The translations under genes were made by a program, and so were the position numbers. This document shows, one piece after another, positions 12,648 to 25,961 of a stretch of 64,000 bases of DNA (position 1 is the stretch's first letter; the number at the start of each line of letters is the position of its first letter). The DNA is from Octopus sinensis. Taxonomy: Eukaryota. The DNA is taken from positions 5,332,001-5,396,000 of the forward strand of contig NC_043002.1 in the NCBI RefSeq assembly GCF_006345805.1, written 5' to 3'. A model generated the notes under the pieces. That model did not search any database. It saw only the letters and a program-made list of their open reading frames with translations, and had not been told where the DNA came from.

Positions 12648-13350
12648 ATTCTCTGATATCCTTAAATGCTATAAAGAGCTACGTAGACTAGAGGAACATG
12701 AAATGAAGTGCCTTGATGAAGGACATAACGCGTGGCCCGGTCCAAGAGTTGGAGCCATTATCTGATGATCGTGGGCCGAACACTCTAAGCCGTAAATAAA
12801 TACATGCGAATGCGTGTGTGATACTACATGAGTATATTCTTTTTACTTAGCTTCCATGTATTAAAGATATAACACTAACAAGCCACATTTTTTCCATTTT
12901 ATGTGTGTGCATGTGTATGAGTGTTTGCATGTATATGTCTCCGTGTGAGTATATGTGTGCGCGTGCGTGCAACTGTTATTTGCGTCATTGCATACACAAA
13001 TGCGTAACATCTCTGTATTTTCTTTCTGCATTTGTCTCTCCCTGTCTCCAGCCTTTTCTCTCCTTCCCTCTCTTTCATCTTCTCCCACGCTCTATTTTCT
13101 ATATCCCTGAGGACTTCCTGCTTCTGTGAGTGTGCATAAATATTTGTGGAAACATATGGTACATATCTAGCAGCCTACAACTATCAACTTACCTACAAGC
13201 TTATCTATCCATCTATCTTCCCTGTCTGTCTGTCTGTCTGTCTCTATTATATGTACATACATACATACATTATGGTTACCCCCTCGTTATCGAGTATGGC
13301 CATTGCACGAAGTTTACATACATACATACTATATATATATATATTATAAT

Positions 13351-13385
<35 letters not shown>

Positions 13386-13686
13386 ATATACATATATATG
13401 TATATATATATATATATAATAAATATTATATATATATATAATATATTATATATATATCTATATAGATTATATATATATAATTGTGAAATAGAAAGATGAA
13501 TAATCTTGTAGTGATTAATCAAAAGTTTAACCGATACCTTAGTAGCAAAAATCACAGCAGTAAACAGCACGGTGGAGGTACAACCATATGGTGTTGCAAC
13601 CGTGCGTTGGTGCGGATAATTGAAATTAAAATATTATGTGAATTGAAGAAATGGAGCTGAACGCAGATTGAACAGAAATCGTTTTT

Positions 13687-13773
13687 TTCATTCTACACGT
13701 GTTTCGAAAGGCACAATTTACCAAAATCCGATTGAATAATGGGACCATATTGTGTCTTTCTCTTCAGGAAGAA
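13687..13773 (-). ncRNA. Type I hammerhead ribozyme, intact core
   Basis: UUCUUC CUGAAGA GAAAGACACAAU ... AUUGUGCCUUUC GAAAC ACGU GUA GAAUGAA; canonical G10.1-C11.1 pair; palindromic helix III ACACGUGU; predicted cut between 13694 and 13693. Confidence 0.8.
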
Positions 13774-14635
13774 AATAGGAAATCCGTTGGAAAAAACAAA
13801 AACAGAACAGAGGCGGAGCAAAACAAATCGAACTAGGCTCCTAAGAGCCCATGGCGAAACTGTTATCAGTGTATGTTGAGAACCGGTGGCTGAAGAATTT
13901 AACGGGTCAGGCATCGGTCAATCATGGGGTGAGGGTGTGTGGGTGTTCTTTGTGACCGAGAATAAAGTTCTGACTATTTAAGGAATATTGGATGTTTTAT
14001 AGGGGCGAGAAAAATCTACTTAGAGACGTGTGTGTGTGTATACTGTTCTATATATGTGTGGTTGGCGTAGGGGTAGAAAACATTTTTTGTGTACGTGTGG
14101 CGTTTGATCGTTCGGCTGTCAGTGGCTACTGCAGTGAGAACCGTTGGGTGGCAGAAAAAAAAAAAAAATATGTTTTATGTGTGTGTGTGGTTCATCTAGC
14201 CTGCCTTGTCAAGGAAACCCCCGTTGTGAAAAAACCAAGCCCGTTATCTTACAGGAGTAATTCCCCTTGCAGTGGTTAATCGTAGATATCTTAAAGGCTA
14301 TTTCAGAATTTGTTACCAAGGGCTATGGGTGCCGGTATTATTTATAAAACGCTATTTAAAAGCCAGATAAGTGTAACGCCGCCAATGGGGGCATCGAAAA
14401 GCCGACTGTAAAAGCCCGTTTACCATCCGGCCTCTGCAAACAAAATATGGAAGAGTTCGGAGACACAAAGGTTGCACTGCCTTCTGCCCCTATCAAATGG
14501 GAGGGCCACCGACAAAATTGACCATTCCAGTCTGTAGCTTAAGTTCGTATCTTCAGTCGCCATATTAGCTTACTGAGTCCCGTGGTCTGCGGTTCAGCTC
14601 CATTTCTTCAATTCACCAATATTATATATATATAT

Positions 14636-14703
<68 letters not shown>

Positions 14704-14756
14704 ATATAATATATAATATATAATATATATATATATATAATATATATATATATATA

Positions 14757-15205
14757 GGCACAGGAGTGGCTGTGTGGTAAAAGTGCTTGCTAACCAACCA
14801 CATGGTTCCGGGTTCAGTCCCACTGTGTGGCATCTTGGGCAAGTGTCTTCAGCTATAGCCTCGGCCGACCAATGCCTTGTGAGTGGATTTGGTAGACGGA
14901 ACTGAAAGAGGCCTGTCGTATATATGTATATATATACATATATATATATATAATATATTATATATATATATTATATATATATGTATGATGTGTGTGTTTG
15001 TTTGTGTGTCCGTCCCCCTAGCATTGCTTGACAACCGATGCTGTGTGTTTATGTCCCCGTTACTTAGCGGTTCGGCAAAAGAGACCGATAGAATAAGTAC
15101 TGGGCTTACAAAAGAATAAGTCCCGGGGTCGAGTTGCTCGATTAAAGGCGGTGCTCCAGCATGGCCGCAGTCAAATGACTGAAACAAGTAAAAGAGTAAA
15201 AGAGT
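14757..15205 (+). mobile_element. tRNA-derived SINE with internal (TA)n/(TG)n and (gtaaaaga)n tail (family C)
   Basis: Head gcaggagtggctgtgtggtaa ... gggttcagtccc, body ggcaagtgtcttc ... gtgagtggatttggtagacgg. Other copies near 9893-9998, 16384-16870, 17010-17371, 25375-25770, 29330-29795, 42620-42985, 49880-50330, 54200-54542, 55120-55290, 57880-58035 and 61385-61540. Confidence 0.85.
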
Positions 15206-16616
15206 ATATATATATATATATATGCGTATTGTGAGAAGAAGCCTATGAGACGGAAGGATAGACAAACATATATAGACACACAAACACTCTGACCTCAACA
15301 CATGCATACACATACCCACCCGTGCACACGCACGCATACACACACACTCAGACGTCTATGCATAAACGTATAAATGCGTACGCGGCCCCATTTCCATGTA
15401 CATTATGGCTAATAAACGCCAATCAATGACAATGAGAAGTTATTTTTGGATCAAAGGAGATTAGAAATTATGGAATTATTGATTCACTATGCTCTCAGAT
15501 TCACCAAGATATAACTCAAACATGTATGTGTGTGCCGGCCGGTCATTGGAAATTATATCAATGACTTTTATACAATTATTGAATGAACGTGAATATTTTG
15601 GTAACGCTTCTCTCTCATTCAAACATTTTTCTTAGATGCTAAACTTAGCTTGAAATACAATATTATTTGCAAGCAACCGATCGTAGTAGTTTAAATAAAT
15701 CATATTGTGTGATACAGTAGAATCACTGAAAGCTAGCAATGGTCTACATCGGCAAATAGTAAATACAAAACGTTTAAATAGTGGAACGCTTTTGTATTTA
15801 TAAATCATAACATATTGTAAGTTATCTTGCAGAACGGTTTCCTTGGTCTTAGAACATAGGAAGAAAACATAGACGGTGGCAAAAACAAATGAATTAGTAA
15901 ATAAAACAAATAAAATGATATTAATTGTTCACAGGCTACAGAAATGCTATAAATCAATGAGAATTCACCAGTACAATTCAGCACAGTAAAATAGGATACC
16001 ATACAAATCGACATATATACATTTATATATGTACGCATACGTAGGTGAACGAATACATTGATATAAGTTTGCGTTCATTATGCTCCTAAATTCTTACGGC
16101 CTATTTACATACAAAGAATCTTCGGCTGAAGATGGAACAGCAACCTCTTGGGTATTCTTTGAAGAATACACTTATCGTAATAAAGAACTTTTTTTATGGC
16201 TCGCCTAATGGAAAAAAAATCTCCTGGTACGTGACATAAAAGATGAGAAGGAAAGTATTCTTCTATGAAAAAGGTGGGGGAGGGCTCAATGAGTTGACTC
16301 TTAATAAATTTACTTTCAAAGCTTGTAAATGTTTCTCACAGAACAAATCACGAAAAAAGTTTCAATCTGATCATTTACCCTTTTACTCTTTTACTTGTTT
16401 CAATCATTTGACTGAGGCCATGCTGGAGCACCGCCTTTAGTCGAATCAAATCAACACCAGGACTTATTCTTTGTAAGCTTAGTATTTATTCTATCGGTCT
16501 CTTTTGCCGAACCGCTAAGTTATGAGGACGTAAACACACCAGCATCGGTTGTCAAGCGATGTTGGGGGGACAAACACTGACACACAAACACACTCACATA
16601 CATGTATATAATATAT

Positions 16617-16678
<62 letters not shown>

Positions 16679-17371
16679 TATATATACATATATATATACA
16701 TATATACGACGGGCTTCTTTCAGTTTCCGTCTACCAAATCCACTCACAAGTCTTTGGTCGGCCCGAGGCTATAGTAGAAGACACTTGCCCAAGGTGCCAC
16801 GCAGTGGGACTGAACCCGGAACCATGTGGTTGGTAAGCAAGCTACTTGCCACACAGCCACTCCTGCGCCTATAAGATCTGCAGTGAAAGATTAAAAGACA
16901 TAAATACAGCAACTTCCAAAACTTCCTATTCTGGGATGTGAAAGCAATTAGAAAATCCAACTGCGCGCTTTTACTCAACGATAGTTATACAAAAGTTATA
17001 ATTTATCTTTTCCTTGTTTCAGTCATTAGACTTCGGCCATGCTGGAGTACCGTCTTGAAGAATAATTTTTAGTCGAATAAATCGATTCCAGTACTTTTCT
17101 CTTCAAACCCAGTACTAATTGGATTTTTTGCCAAACCGCTAAGTTACAGGTACATAAACCGCATCAACATCGATTGCCAAGCAGTGTGGCGGGGACAGAT
17201 ACAAACACAAAGACAGACAAATAGACAGATATGATATAATACGAGGTTCTTTCAGTTTCCGTCTACCAAATCCACTTTGGCCGACCCGAAGCTAGAGTAG
17301 AAGACACTTGCCCATGATGCTATGCAGTAGGACTGAACCGGGAACCATGTGGTTGGGAAGCTGGCTTCTTA

Positions 17372-19820
17372 AGAGACTTCAACGCTCCCACGATCGATTG
17401 GCCCGCATCAATTTGTACAACATCTTCCCGGTTCGGCCAGGCCCTTCTTGACGTGGCTGAAGATTGTTTTCTATCGCAACATGTTGAATATCCGACAAGG
17501 CATCGGTCTGGGCAGCAGCCATCTATGCTAGATCTGGTATTCTCCCGCTATCCAAGATCAGTGTCAGACGTATCTGTGTGCGCCCCTCTTGCCAAGAGTG
17601 ATCATGCGGTCCTGAAGTTCGTCATGCACACAACTTTTTCTGCGCCCACGACTACTTCGCTGTCACGTAGAGTCTTCTCTGCAATTAATCTTGAAATTCT
17701 AACCGAGGCTTCCGCGCTTCTGGACTGGCGATCCTTGATGACGTTGTCCTCAGTTGACGAACTATGGTCATCCCTCAAAGCATATGTAATCTGTTTGACT
17801 GACCAGGCAGTTCCCGTTGCGCTTCCCAAGAGGAAGAAACACAAGCCCTGGGTGACGAAGAGGGTTAAACGAGAACGTCGACTCAGAGATATTGCTTGGG
17901 CTGAATTCAAAAATCTGGATTCGACTGCAGCTTTTGAGGTGTACAAAACACAACGAGACCGAGCCGTGAAAATTGAAAAGAAAGAACGCTTCAGTTATGA
18001 ATACAAAATCGCGGCAAATGCCAGTAGCAATCCAAAAACCTTCTTTGCCCATGTCCAGCGGAATTCCCGCTTGAACAACCAGATTGCAACGTTGGTAGAC
18101 TCAACAGGCGTATCGATTGAGGACCCTTATCAACAGAGTCAATTATTTGCCGAGGCTTTTTCAACTATTTTCAAACAAGATGATGGTCGTGAACCCCTCC
18201 ATTTGATAGATCGGTACCTCCAATGCTTCGATTGGTCATCACGCGGACGAAGTCAAACGTGTTATTCAAGGCCTCGATGTCAACAAGGGTCACGGCCCTG
18301 ACGGCATACACCCACGGGTTATCAAAGCGTTGGCTCCGGTCATCTGCGAGCCCTTAACGCGACTATTCAATATGTCATTGGCGACGGGTGTTATACCTGC
18401 AGACTGGAGAACAGCGATAATCTGCCCAATTTTCAAGAAGGGAGCCGCGAAGACCCGCTTAACTACCGACCGGTTTCCCTTACATCAATAATCAGCAAGA
18501 TGTTCGAAACCATCCTTAAGAAAAATATGATGCTCCACCTCCTAAACACAGCCTCTATCTCTGATTCCCAACACGGCTTCGTGCCGAAGAGATCATGCTT
18601 GACCAACTTACTAGTAATGGAAGAATTGGTGACGCGCATCCTCGATGATAGTGATGCTGTTGACATCGTTTTACTGGACTTTGCCAAAGCTTTTGACTCG
18701 GTAAACCACCGCCTATTACTTGTGAAGCTTCAAGCATATAGTTTCCATCCGGATATTGTACGATGGGTTGGTGCCTTCCTCTCAGATCGCTCCTTCCAAG
18801 TCCAAGTTAATGGTTCGCGGTCCGACGTCTCCAGTGCGAGCAGTGGCGTGCCTCAAGGTTCAGTGCTTGGGCCCTTGTTGTTCTTAATCTTCATAAATGA
18901 CTTGCCCGACGACCTCACGCAACACACCCTTCTATTTGCCGACGATATCAAACTGGTCGCTCCTCGCGGTAATATAGAGGATCTTCGTCGATGCCTCCAC
19001 CAAATTTGGAAGTGGTCTAACGATTGGGACCTGTGTCTGAACGTGTCAAAGTGCTGTCATCTGCCTGTCGGCTCTACTCCTGCAACTCAACTTGATTTCG
19101 AGCCGGGTCGTCTGCTGCTGGAGAGGACCGATCAGGTAAAGGACCTGGTATCTTGGTGGATTCCTCCTTTTCGCCTTCGGCCCAGTGCGTCCATGCTGCC
19201 AACAAAGCACGCGGAATTCTGTTCTTGATTCGACGGTCATTCGGAATGCTCACAGCAGCCATATTCCTACCACTCTATGTCACGCTGGTGAGACCCATAT
19301 TGGAGTATGGGATTCAAGCCTCTTCTCCTTATCTACTCAAAGACATACAGCATCTCGAAAGAGTCCAGAAGCTGGCTACCCGCATGGTTCATGGTCTCAA
19401 AAATTTGTCCTACGAAGAAAGACTGAGGACGCTCGACCTTTATTCTCTTGAAAAACGCCGCCGCCATGGTGATCTCATTCTCGCCCACAACATCATAAGC
19501 GGAAAGTGTAACTTCTCGAAAGAGCTGTTCTTCACTCCTGCTCCAAAGCGTCGGCTGCGGGGTCATTCCGAAAAGCTCTACCTGCGACGATTTCATCTCA
19601 ATCGAAGGAGAGGAGCTTTCTCCGTCCGGGTTGCGGATCCGTGGAACAAGCTGCCAGACGAGATGGTAAAGATGCCGACGACCGCTTTGTTCAAAGCCTC
19701 CCTGGACCTCAAGTGGCCTGAACTCTTTACATGAACACCACCCTGTACTTAACTCCATGTCCCCCTACATGGCCTTGCTATTTGCTTTTGAGCCAAATTA
19801 ACTAACTAACTAACTAACTT
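17372..19820 (+). mobile_element. 5'-truncated CR1-type LINE (APE C-terminal part + RT, frameshifted) with (CTAA)n tail
   Basis: Begins at the DFNAP motif; SDH, QHGFVPKRSC, DFAKAFDSV, GVPQGSVLGP and FADD in ORFs 17453-18301, 18500-19228 and 19153-19734; tail at 19798-19819. Confidence 0.92.
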
Positions 19821-20641
19821 ACCACAGAGTCCCAAAATTTTCGCTAACAAGTTCAGGAACATTTACAAACGCAAAAGACGTAAACATGCAACACATTAAG
19901 AAAGAAGCCCAAACACTTGCAATCCAGCGAAAGAAATAAATCGACAGAGAGCTGCATATTGCTAAGTGTAAATATATCTTAAGAATAATTAACCCAGCTA
20001 AATATACTTGCGACATTGAGTAATTAACTCAGCTAAATATACTTATTGAGTAATTAACCTAGTTAAAAGTGATCCGGGTATAAGTACGTAAGTAAATTCT
20101 TGACAAAATTATCTTAAATATTCAAACAATATGGCTTCCGTCATTAAGTTGTTCAACTGTACGTATTGTTAACGCAATTGGAATTCATCCAATTTCACGA
20201 TTTTTAGTTTTATCCGTCCATTACGAAACCCCTCCAAAACAATGAAGACGTTGACAGTAATGTCAGCTTTGTCAATGGAACTGGCATCAAAGTCATAAAT
20301 CGTCTTCGATAATTCCAAAGACGTAAGGAAGAAAGACGGTCTGTTGTCTGATGTCTCCAGGAATGGATAGATATGAGGGAGACGAAATCCAGGAATTAGT
20401 AAAATTCTGCACTCGAAACTTACTTCGGGGACAAAGGAACTTTTCTTAGAAACGTAGAGTAATGCTAGATTCATAATCTACCGCCATATGAACAGTTACA
20501 TAAAGATAGTTTAAGAAACGATTTTACAGAAATCTTTAAAGAATTTTATTTAAAATTTCCATCATAATACACTTGCTGCTAAATTTCAAGAAGTAAATCT
20601 AAACTTAAATACTAAGCTACATTAAAATCCATCCATCCATC

Positions 20642-20689
<48 letters not shown>

Positions 20690-20986
20690 ATGGTTGCAAC
20701 TCAATTTCAAGTAATGCTATCGCTTGATTGTTCTTTTAAACATAAGCATGGATGCAGCTTTTCATTCCAGCCAGAGACGTTTCAGTCCGCCTCCTGACGC
20801 ACATTCTTTTACACACTCCTTGCAAGTAGAGATGCCGTATTATTCATAGTTAAGAACTTGCCCGTATGTGTTGCTCTGTGGTGACTTCTAAGGCTTGCCT
20901 TATCTAGACAGACAAGCCCTAGGCAGACAAGCCTTTGGTGCGTCTTTACATAGTTTATATACTTTCGCTGTGTGATGGTGTTGGAC

Positions 20987-21078
20987 CGTTGTTGCCAACG
21001 ATACGTTGTTGCCAACGATACGTTGTTGCCAACGATACGTTGTTGCCAACGATACGTTGTTGCCAACGATACGTTGTT
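20987..21078. repeat. 17-bp perfect minisatellite (cgttgttgccaacgata x ~5.4)
   Basis: Directly visible; each unit contains the hairpin CGTTG-TTGC-CAACG. Confidence 0.95.
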
Positions 21079-21099
21079 TTCGTTGTACATTACAATTTT

Positions 21100-21890
21100 T
21101 TCTTGTATTTTGTGGAGGGGCTTGGCAAATGGCTTTACCTTGGGATTGGATTGAGGAGTTTATTTTTGTGTGTTTGCTGTCGTTGTTTGCTTTGTTGAAT
21201 GTTTTGGCTTGGGGAGGGGGAGTGGGGAGGGGGAGTGGGGAGCGTGTCCCTTTTTTCTTTTGCGGGTGACTGTGGTGAATTCCATGTCCTCACTATCATT
21301 GTTCGTGTCTGCCTTGATTTCTGTTTCAACTTTCTTCTTTGGGTTTCCTTCCTTATCGTTATCTTCCATGCTCTTGCTGTTCGTAGCTTTTGGGGGAGGG
21401 TCCCCACCATCTTTTTTTTTGGTGCATTTGGAACGGACGTAGCCCTTCTCTCCACATTTGAAGCACATGGGCCTACGCTCTTCCACAGTTACCCGCATGG
21501 ATAGCCCTCTTCTACAAACACCCTATCGGGTAAATTTTCGAGTGTTTCGTTTGTTGCTTGGACGACCATTTCTAACGAATGTCCTCTCCAGTTCACCGCT
21601 TCTTTCTTTTTCCATTTTAGGATCGTAATTTCCTCCTCCACGTCATATACTATCGCAGCCGCTATCTACATTACCTCATACTCCACTGGGATATCGTCTA
21701 CTGTCACTTTAGCGGTCCTGCGACCCAAGTAAGTGGGCAGCAGCATTATTTCATCGTTCCTCTGCGTTTCAGTGGACACCTCAATTGTGGCACTTCTTGC
21801 TCCTCAGCTGACGTAACGTACTATGTTCCACGCTGGTGCCATACTCTTCTCCACCGCTTCATTCTTTGCCTCCGTTTTCCTTTTATGTTG
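21100..21890 (-). mobile_element. Degenerate Tx1/L1-like non-LTR retrotransposon ORF1 fragment with zinc knuckle
   Basis: RRPMCFKCGEKGYVRSKC at 21424-21465 (CCHC with H to Y), followed by an acidic/basic tail (EFTTVTRKRKK); upstream frames are broken. Confidence 0.65.
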
Positions 21891-22722
21891 TAAACTTTAT
21901 ACACCACTGTTTTTGCCTTAATGGCTTGTAGTGTCTCGGGGGCGGCAACAATTTCATATCCATTTGGTCGATATATCTAGCAAATTGAGCAACCTCGTAG
22001 AGACTCTTTCCTTGGTTTGTACCTCAACATATCACTGGTGTGCGAAGTAGGTAAGCAAGACTTTACTACATCTGACATTACGGAGAGCGTAATGGTATTC
22101 AAGAAGAGAGGGACACAGAATAATGATGAAAACTGTTATTTACGCCTACCTCCACTAAATCAAATTAATGGAAATGAGAGCGGAACGTCAGTAGTTAGAC
22201 AGATTGGTAATGGAATGCAAGGTGTTCATCAGTTGGATTACAGTAATTTAAAAAGAACAAGGTTAATGAGTTTATACGAATATGTTACGAGTATGCGGCG
22301 GGGAATTGCAAGCAAAACCAAGCAGTATTTGGGGTGACTTTATCAGCTGTGCTACATTGTAGGCTGTGCTGAGCACAAAAATAACTTATCACTTCCAGAT
22401 GACTGTCTTGTATTGCAGACATTGCGGTGGTGGGTAAATGACTTCCAATTGGTGGTGGTGGACGATTTCCGCTGGATGTTGTATTATCTGTCTATACTGC
22501 CATAGCACAGGTACAGGTGGACTACTTCGTAGTGGGGGTGTCACTTGTTAACTGGTTCGAATGAGTTAGAAGTCAACCACTGTTTCTGCCAAGGACATTC
22601 AACATAAGTTAGCTAACCTTCGACCTCTTAACTGACTTAAAATACCAGAGAATACGTGAAACAAGAATGTTTTGTACATTATTTACATTTGACGGATGTT
22701 TGTCCCCATCTTTTTTGTTGTT

Positions 22723-22768
22723 AACACAACGTTTCGGCTGATATACCCTCCAGCCTTCATCAGGTGTC
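22723..22768 (-). ncRNA. Minimal type I hammerhead ribozyme (Penelope-like)
   Basis: GACAC CUGAUGA A GGCUG GAGGGUAUAU CAGCC GAAAC GUU GUGUU; 5-bp stem I, 5-bp stem II, loopless palindromic helix III (ACGU). Confidence 0.75.
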
Positions 22769-25700
22769 TTGGGGAATTTTCAAACCTGGGTTCTTATTCC
22801 TAAGATATTTTTCGTTGTTGTTGTTGTTGCTATATTAGTGGCAATGGAGGTTTCTGTCATCTTTCTGCGCCATCTGTATCAGCCGTCTTTTTGTGTCGTT
22901 TGGTTGGTAAAAATGCGCACCGAACGGTTTTTATAGGGGACCGGAAGTTAAATTCTAGAATGTTCGAGAAAACCTGCCCACGCCACTGCTTCACGTCAAT
23001 TGGTTGGTTAATAAACCTATCACGTTAAGCTATGGTTGTTTTCTCGTAATATCTGAATGCGTATCCAGAGATTCAGTTTCGCATCACCACTACAGCCGTT
23101 TCTGGTATTTCCTTTTCTTCTGTTTTGATTTTGAATTGTTTTGAGCGACGAAGAAGAAAAGAAATGACGATTCGTGCGCGGCCACAGCTCACTTTGTAAT
23201 AGTACTCAGTCATAAATCAGTCAGTATCTACAGGAGTGGGGCATCTTGAAATCCTATGAACGCCGAGGAAGATGATACGAGATTAAGCAACAACTGATTA
23301 CGTAAGTCGCTGAAGTGTTCAGCTTCAATTGAAACCACCTCGCTTGAAACTTCTTGTTCTAGACTTTTACCATTTTGATATTAGCTTCTTTCATTATTCA
23401 GTGTCCTTGCCTTTTATGGAAGTGGGAAACAGAAATTCGTGACGTTCTTGTCTTTCTCAAACGCATTAGCATAATCCTTTATCTTAGCTGTTTGCAAATC
23501 TTTCCTCGATTCTTTTAAACACTTCTACGAAAACGTGTTTTGTGAATGGTCAGAAAGCTGTGCATTTTTAATGCTCAATTTTGCTGATTCAAGCTTGAAG
23601 TGTTCCTCAACAACTGTACCAACACTAAAAATCAATACTACCTGTGCTAACTGCTTAGGTGTCGGTTGCTGACAATTAATAGAATATAAGCGACAACTTG
23701 GCGAGCCATTAGAGCATCAAATGAAATTCTCTGTTATATTTATTCTGGTTTCGTGTGTTCTGAGTTCAAATTTCAACCAGGTGAACTTTTTACTTTACAG
23801 TGCAGGGTGGTGAACTGGCAGAATCATTAGAGCGTTGGACGAGATGACATTTGTTCTTGTGCTCTTAATTCAAATACTGTTTTGGCCGACATGCGAGTAG
23901 AGCTTCACTTAATACGTCGCCTGTTTAACACTAACACCTGGCCTTTGGGTATCTTTAGCAGAATCCACTCTGCTGCAAGAATTTGGGTCAGGTTATCAGT
24001 TTCAGAACACGCTTCTTTCGCATGCCGACCATCGTTTGAGGCTCTATGAAGTATCATGGGCACTGCTTTTTCTCATGAGCAAGCGTTAAAACCCCCCATA
24101 AAACTCAGACAAGACATCCATTCAAAAAACAGTAGCTAACATAGTGTTAACAACTTTTAATACTGGGAAAATTAAAAACCAGAACTGATTTAGTGGTGAG
24201 AAAAGGACAATATCAGGGAAAGACTAATGCTAATTAATTAGGGCTGTGAATTGATAGGATCACTTGAGCCTCAGACGAAAGTTATTGAAGTATTCGTTTC
24301 AGCTTGACTGAAGGGCATTGTCAAACTATTGTAAAATGTGCTCTTTACATTCTGAGTGATCAATCATGTGTGGTGTTATCTACATCTAGCTGACAAGCTA
24401 ATGTCATGCAAATCATCATCATCATCGTTTAACGTCCGCTTTCCATGCTAGCATGAGTTGGACGGTTCGACTGGGGTCTGGGATGCCAGCAGGCTGCATC
24501 AGGCCCAGTCTGATCTGGCAGTGTTTCTACAGCTTGATGTCCTTCCTAACGCCAACCACTCTGTGAGTCTAGTGGGTGCTTTTTACGTGCCGCCGGCTCA
24601 GTGCCAGGTGAGGCTGGCAACGGCCACGATCGGTTGGTGCTTTTACATGCCACTGGCACGGAGGCCAGTCGGGGCGGTGCAAATAAATAATAAAATAAAT
24701 TACAACACATCAAGGAAAAGTAATAAGAAACTGTCTTCATATTCTCCCACCAAAATTTCCTGACAAGCCCCTACAGCTTGTCAAAGAAGTTGCCAGGGGT
24801 CGTTTGTAGATCTTGATGGCACAGGAAAAAAAGCTATTTTAATAATTTCAGGTTACCTGAATAACAATTTCTAGTGAACATTTAAAAAAAATATTCTCTG
24901 TATTAAGAATGTTATCTTTCACCTAAATTTTGTCGAACCTCTGACTAATATACTACAGACCTTACTATTTCTAATCACTCACTTACTAGATGGTATTGCT
25001 CTACTTTTACTATAAGGTAGGCAGTTAATTGATTAAACATCCCAACTACATTACTGGCAGATGTTTTATAGAAAATAGAAGTCAACTCAGAAGCATGTAC
25101 AGGGTACAAAAAAAAAACTGAATACTATAAGTGGGGTGCCCCAAAGTGTTTTGTCAAATTTTGTATCATGATATTTTAATTAGTGATTTCTTAACACTGA
25201 TATATGTTAGTAAGTAACGACAGCACTATAGAAGTGATGAGCTAAAAGTACCTAAAAATGTTGACATTACTTCAGTTTCTGCAGCAGACATTCAAGAAGA
25301 AAGTTTTTAGCGCATTAAAGCATGGAATATATAAAGCAAATCTGAAACCTTTTCTTGCAATGAGTTCTTAATATAGGTGCAGGCATGGCTGTGTGATAAG
25401 AAGCTTGTTCCCCAACCACGTAATTCAAGGTTCAGTCCCACTGTGTGGCACCCTGGGCAAGTGTGTTCTACTATAGCCTCAGATTGACCAAAGCCTTGTG
25501 AGTGGATTTGATAGCTGGAAACTGAAAGAAGCCTATTGTATATACATACATATGTGTGCGTCTTTGTGTCTGTATTTCCCCCCACCTCACTTGACAACTG
25601 TTGTTGGTTTGTTTACATCCCTATAACTTAGCAGCTTGGCAAAAGAGACTGATAGAATAAGTACCTGGCTTAAACAAAAAAGCACTGGGGTCAATTCATT

Positions 25701-25961
25701 CAACTAAAAATTCAAGGTGGTGCCCCAGCATGGCCACAGTCAAACAGCTGAGACAAGTAAAAGATAAAAGATATATGCCATCAAATACAGGACCTACAAT
25801 TGACCAAGTTTCTGTTCTCAAGGATACTTACCTCCCCCAGTTTTGATGGTATAGAAACAGCAGTTGAGCACTGGCTTCATACAGCCCGCTGGAACTGGGT
25901 AAAGAATGGGCTTCATTTACTATCTATTACCTGTGTATTAGTGAAGGATATATTGAATAAT

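Noticed and set aside
20987-21078. Palindromic repeat array as a CRISPR
   Set aside because: No spacers, units are directly adjacent, no cas genes, eukaryotic context.
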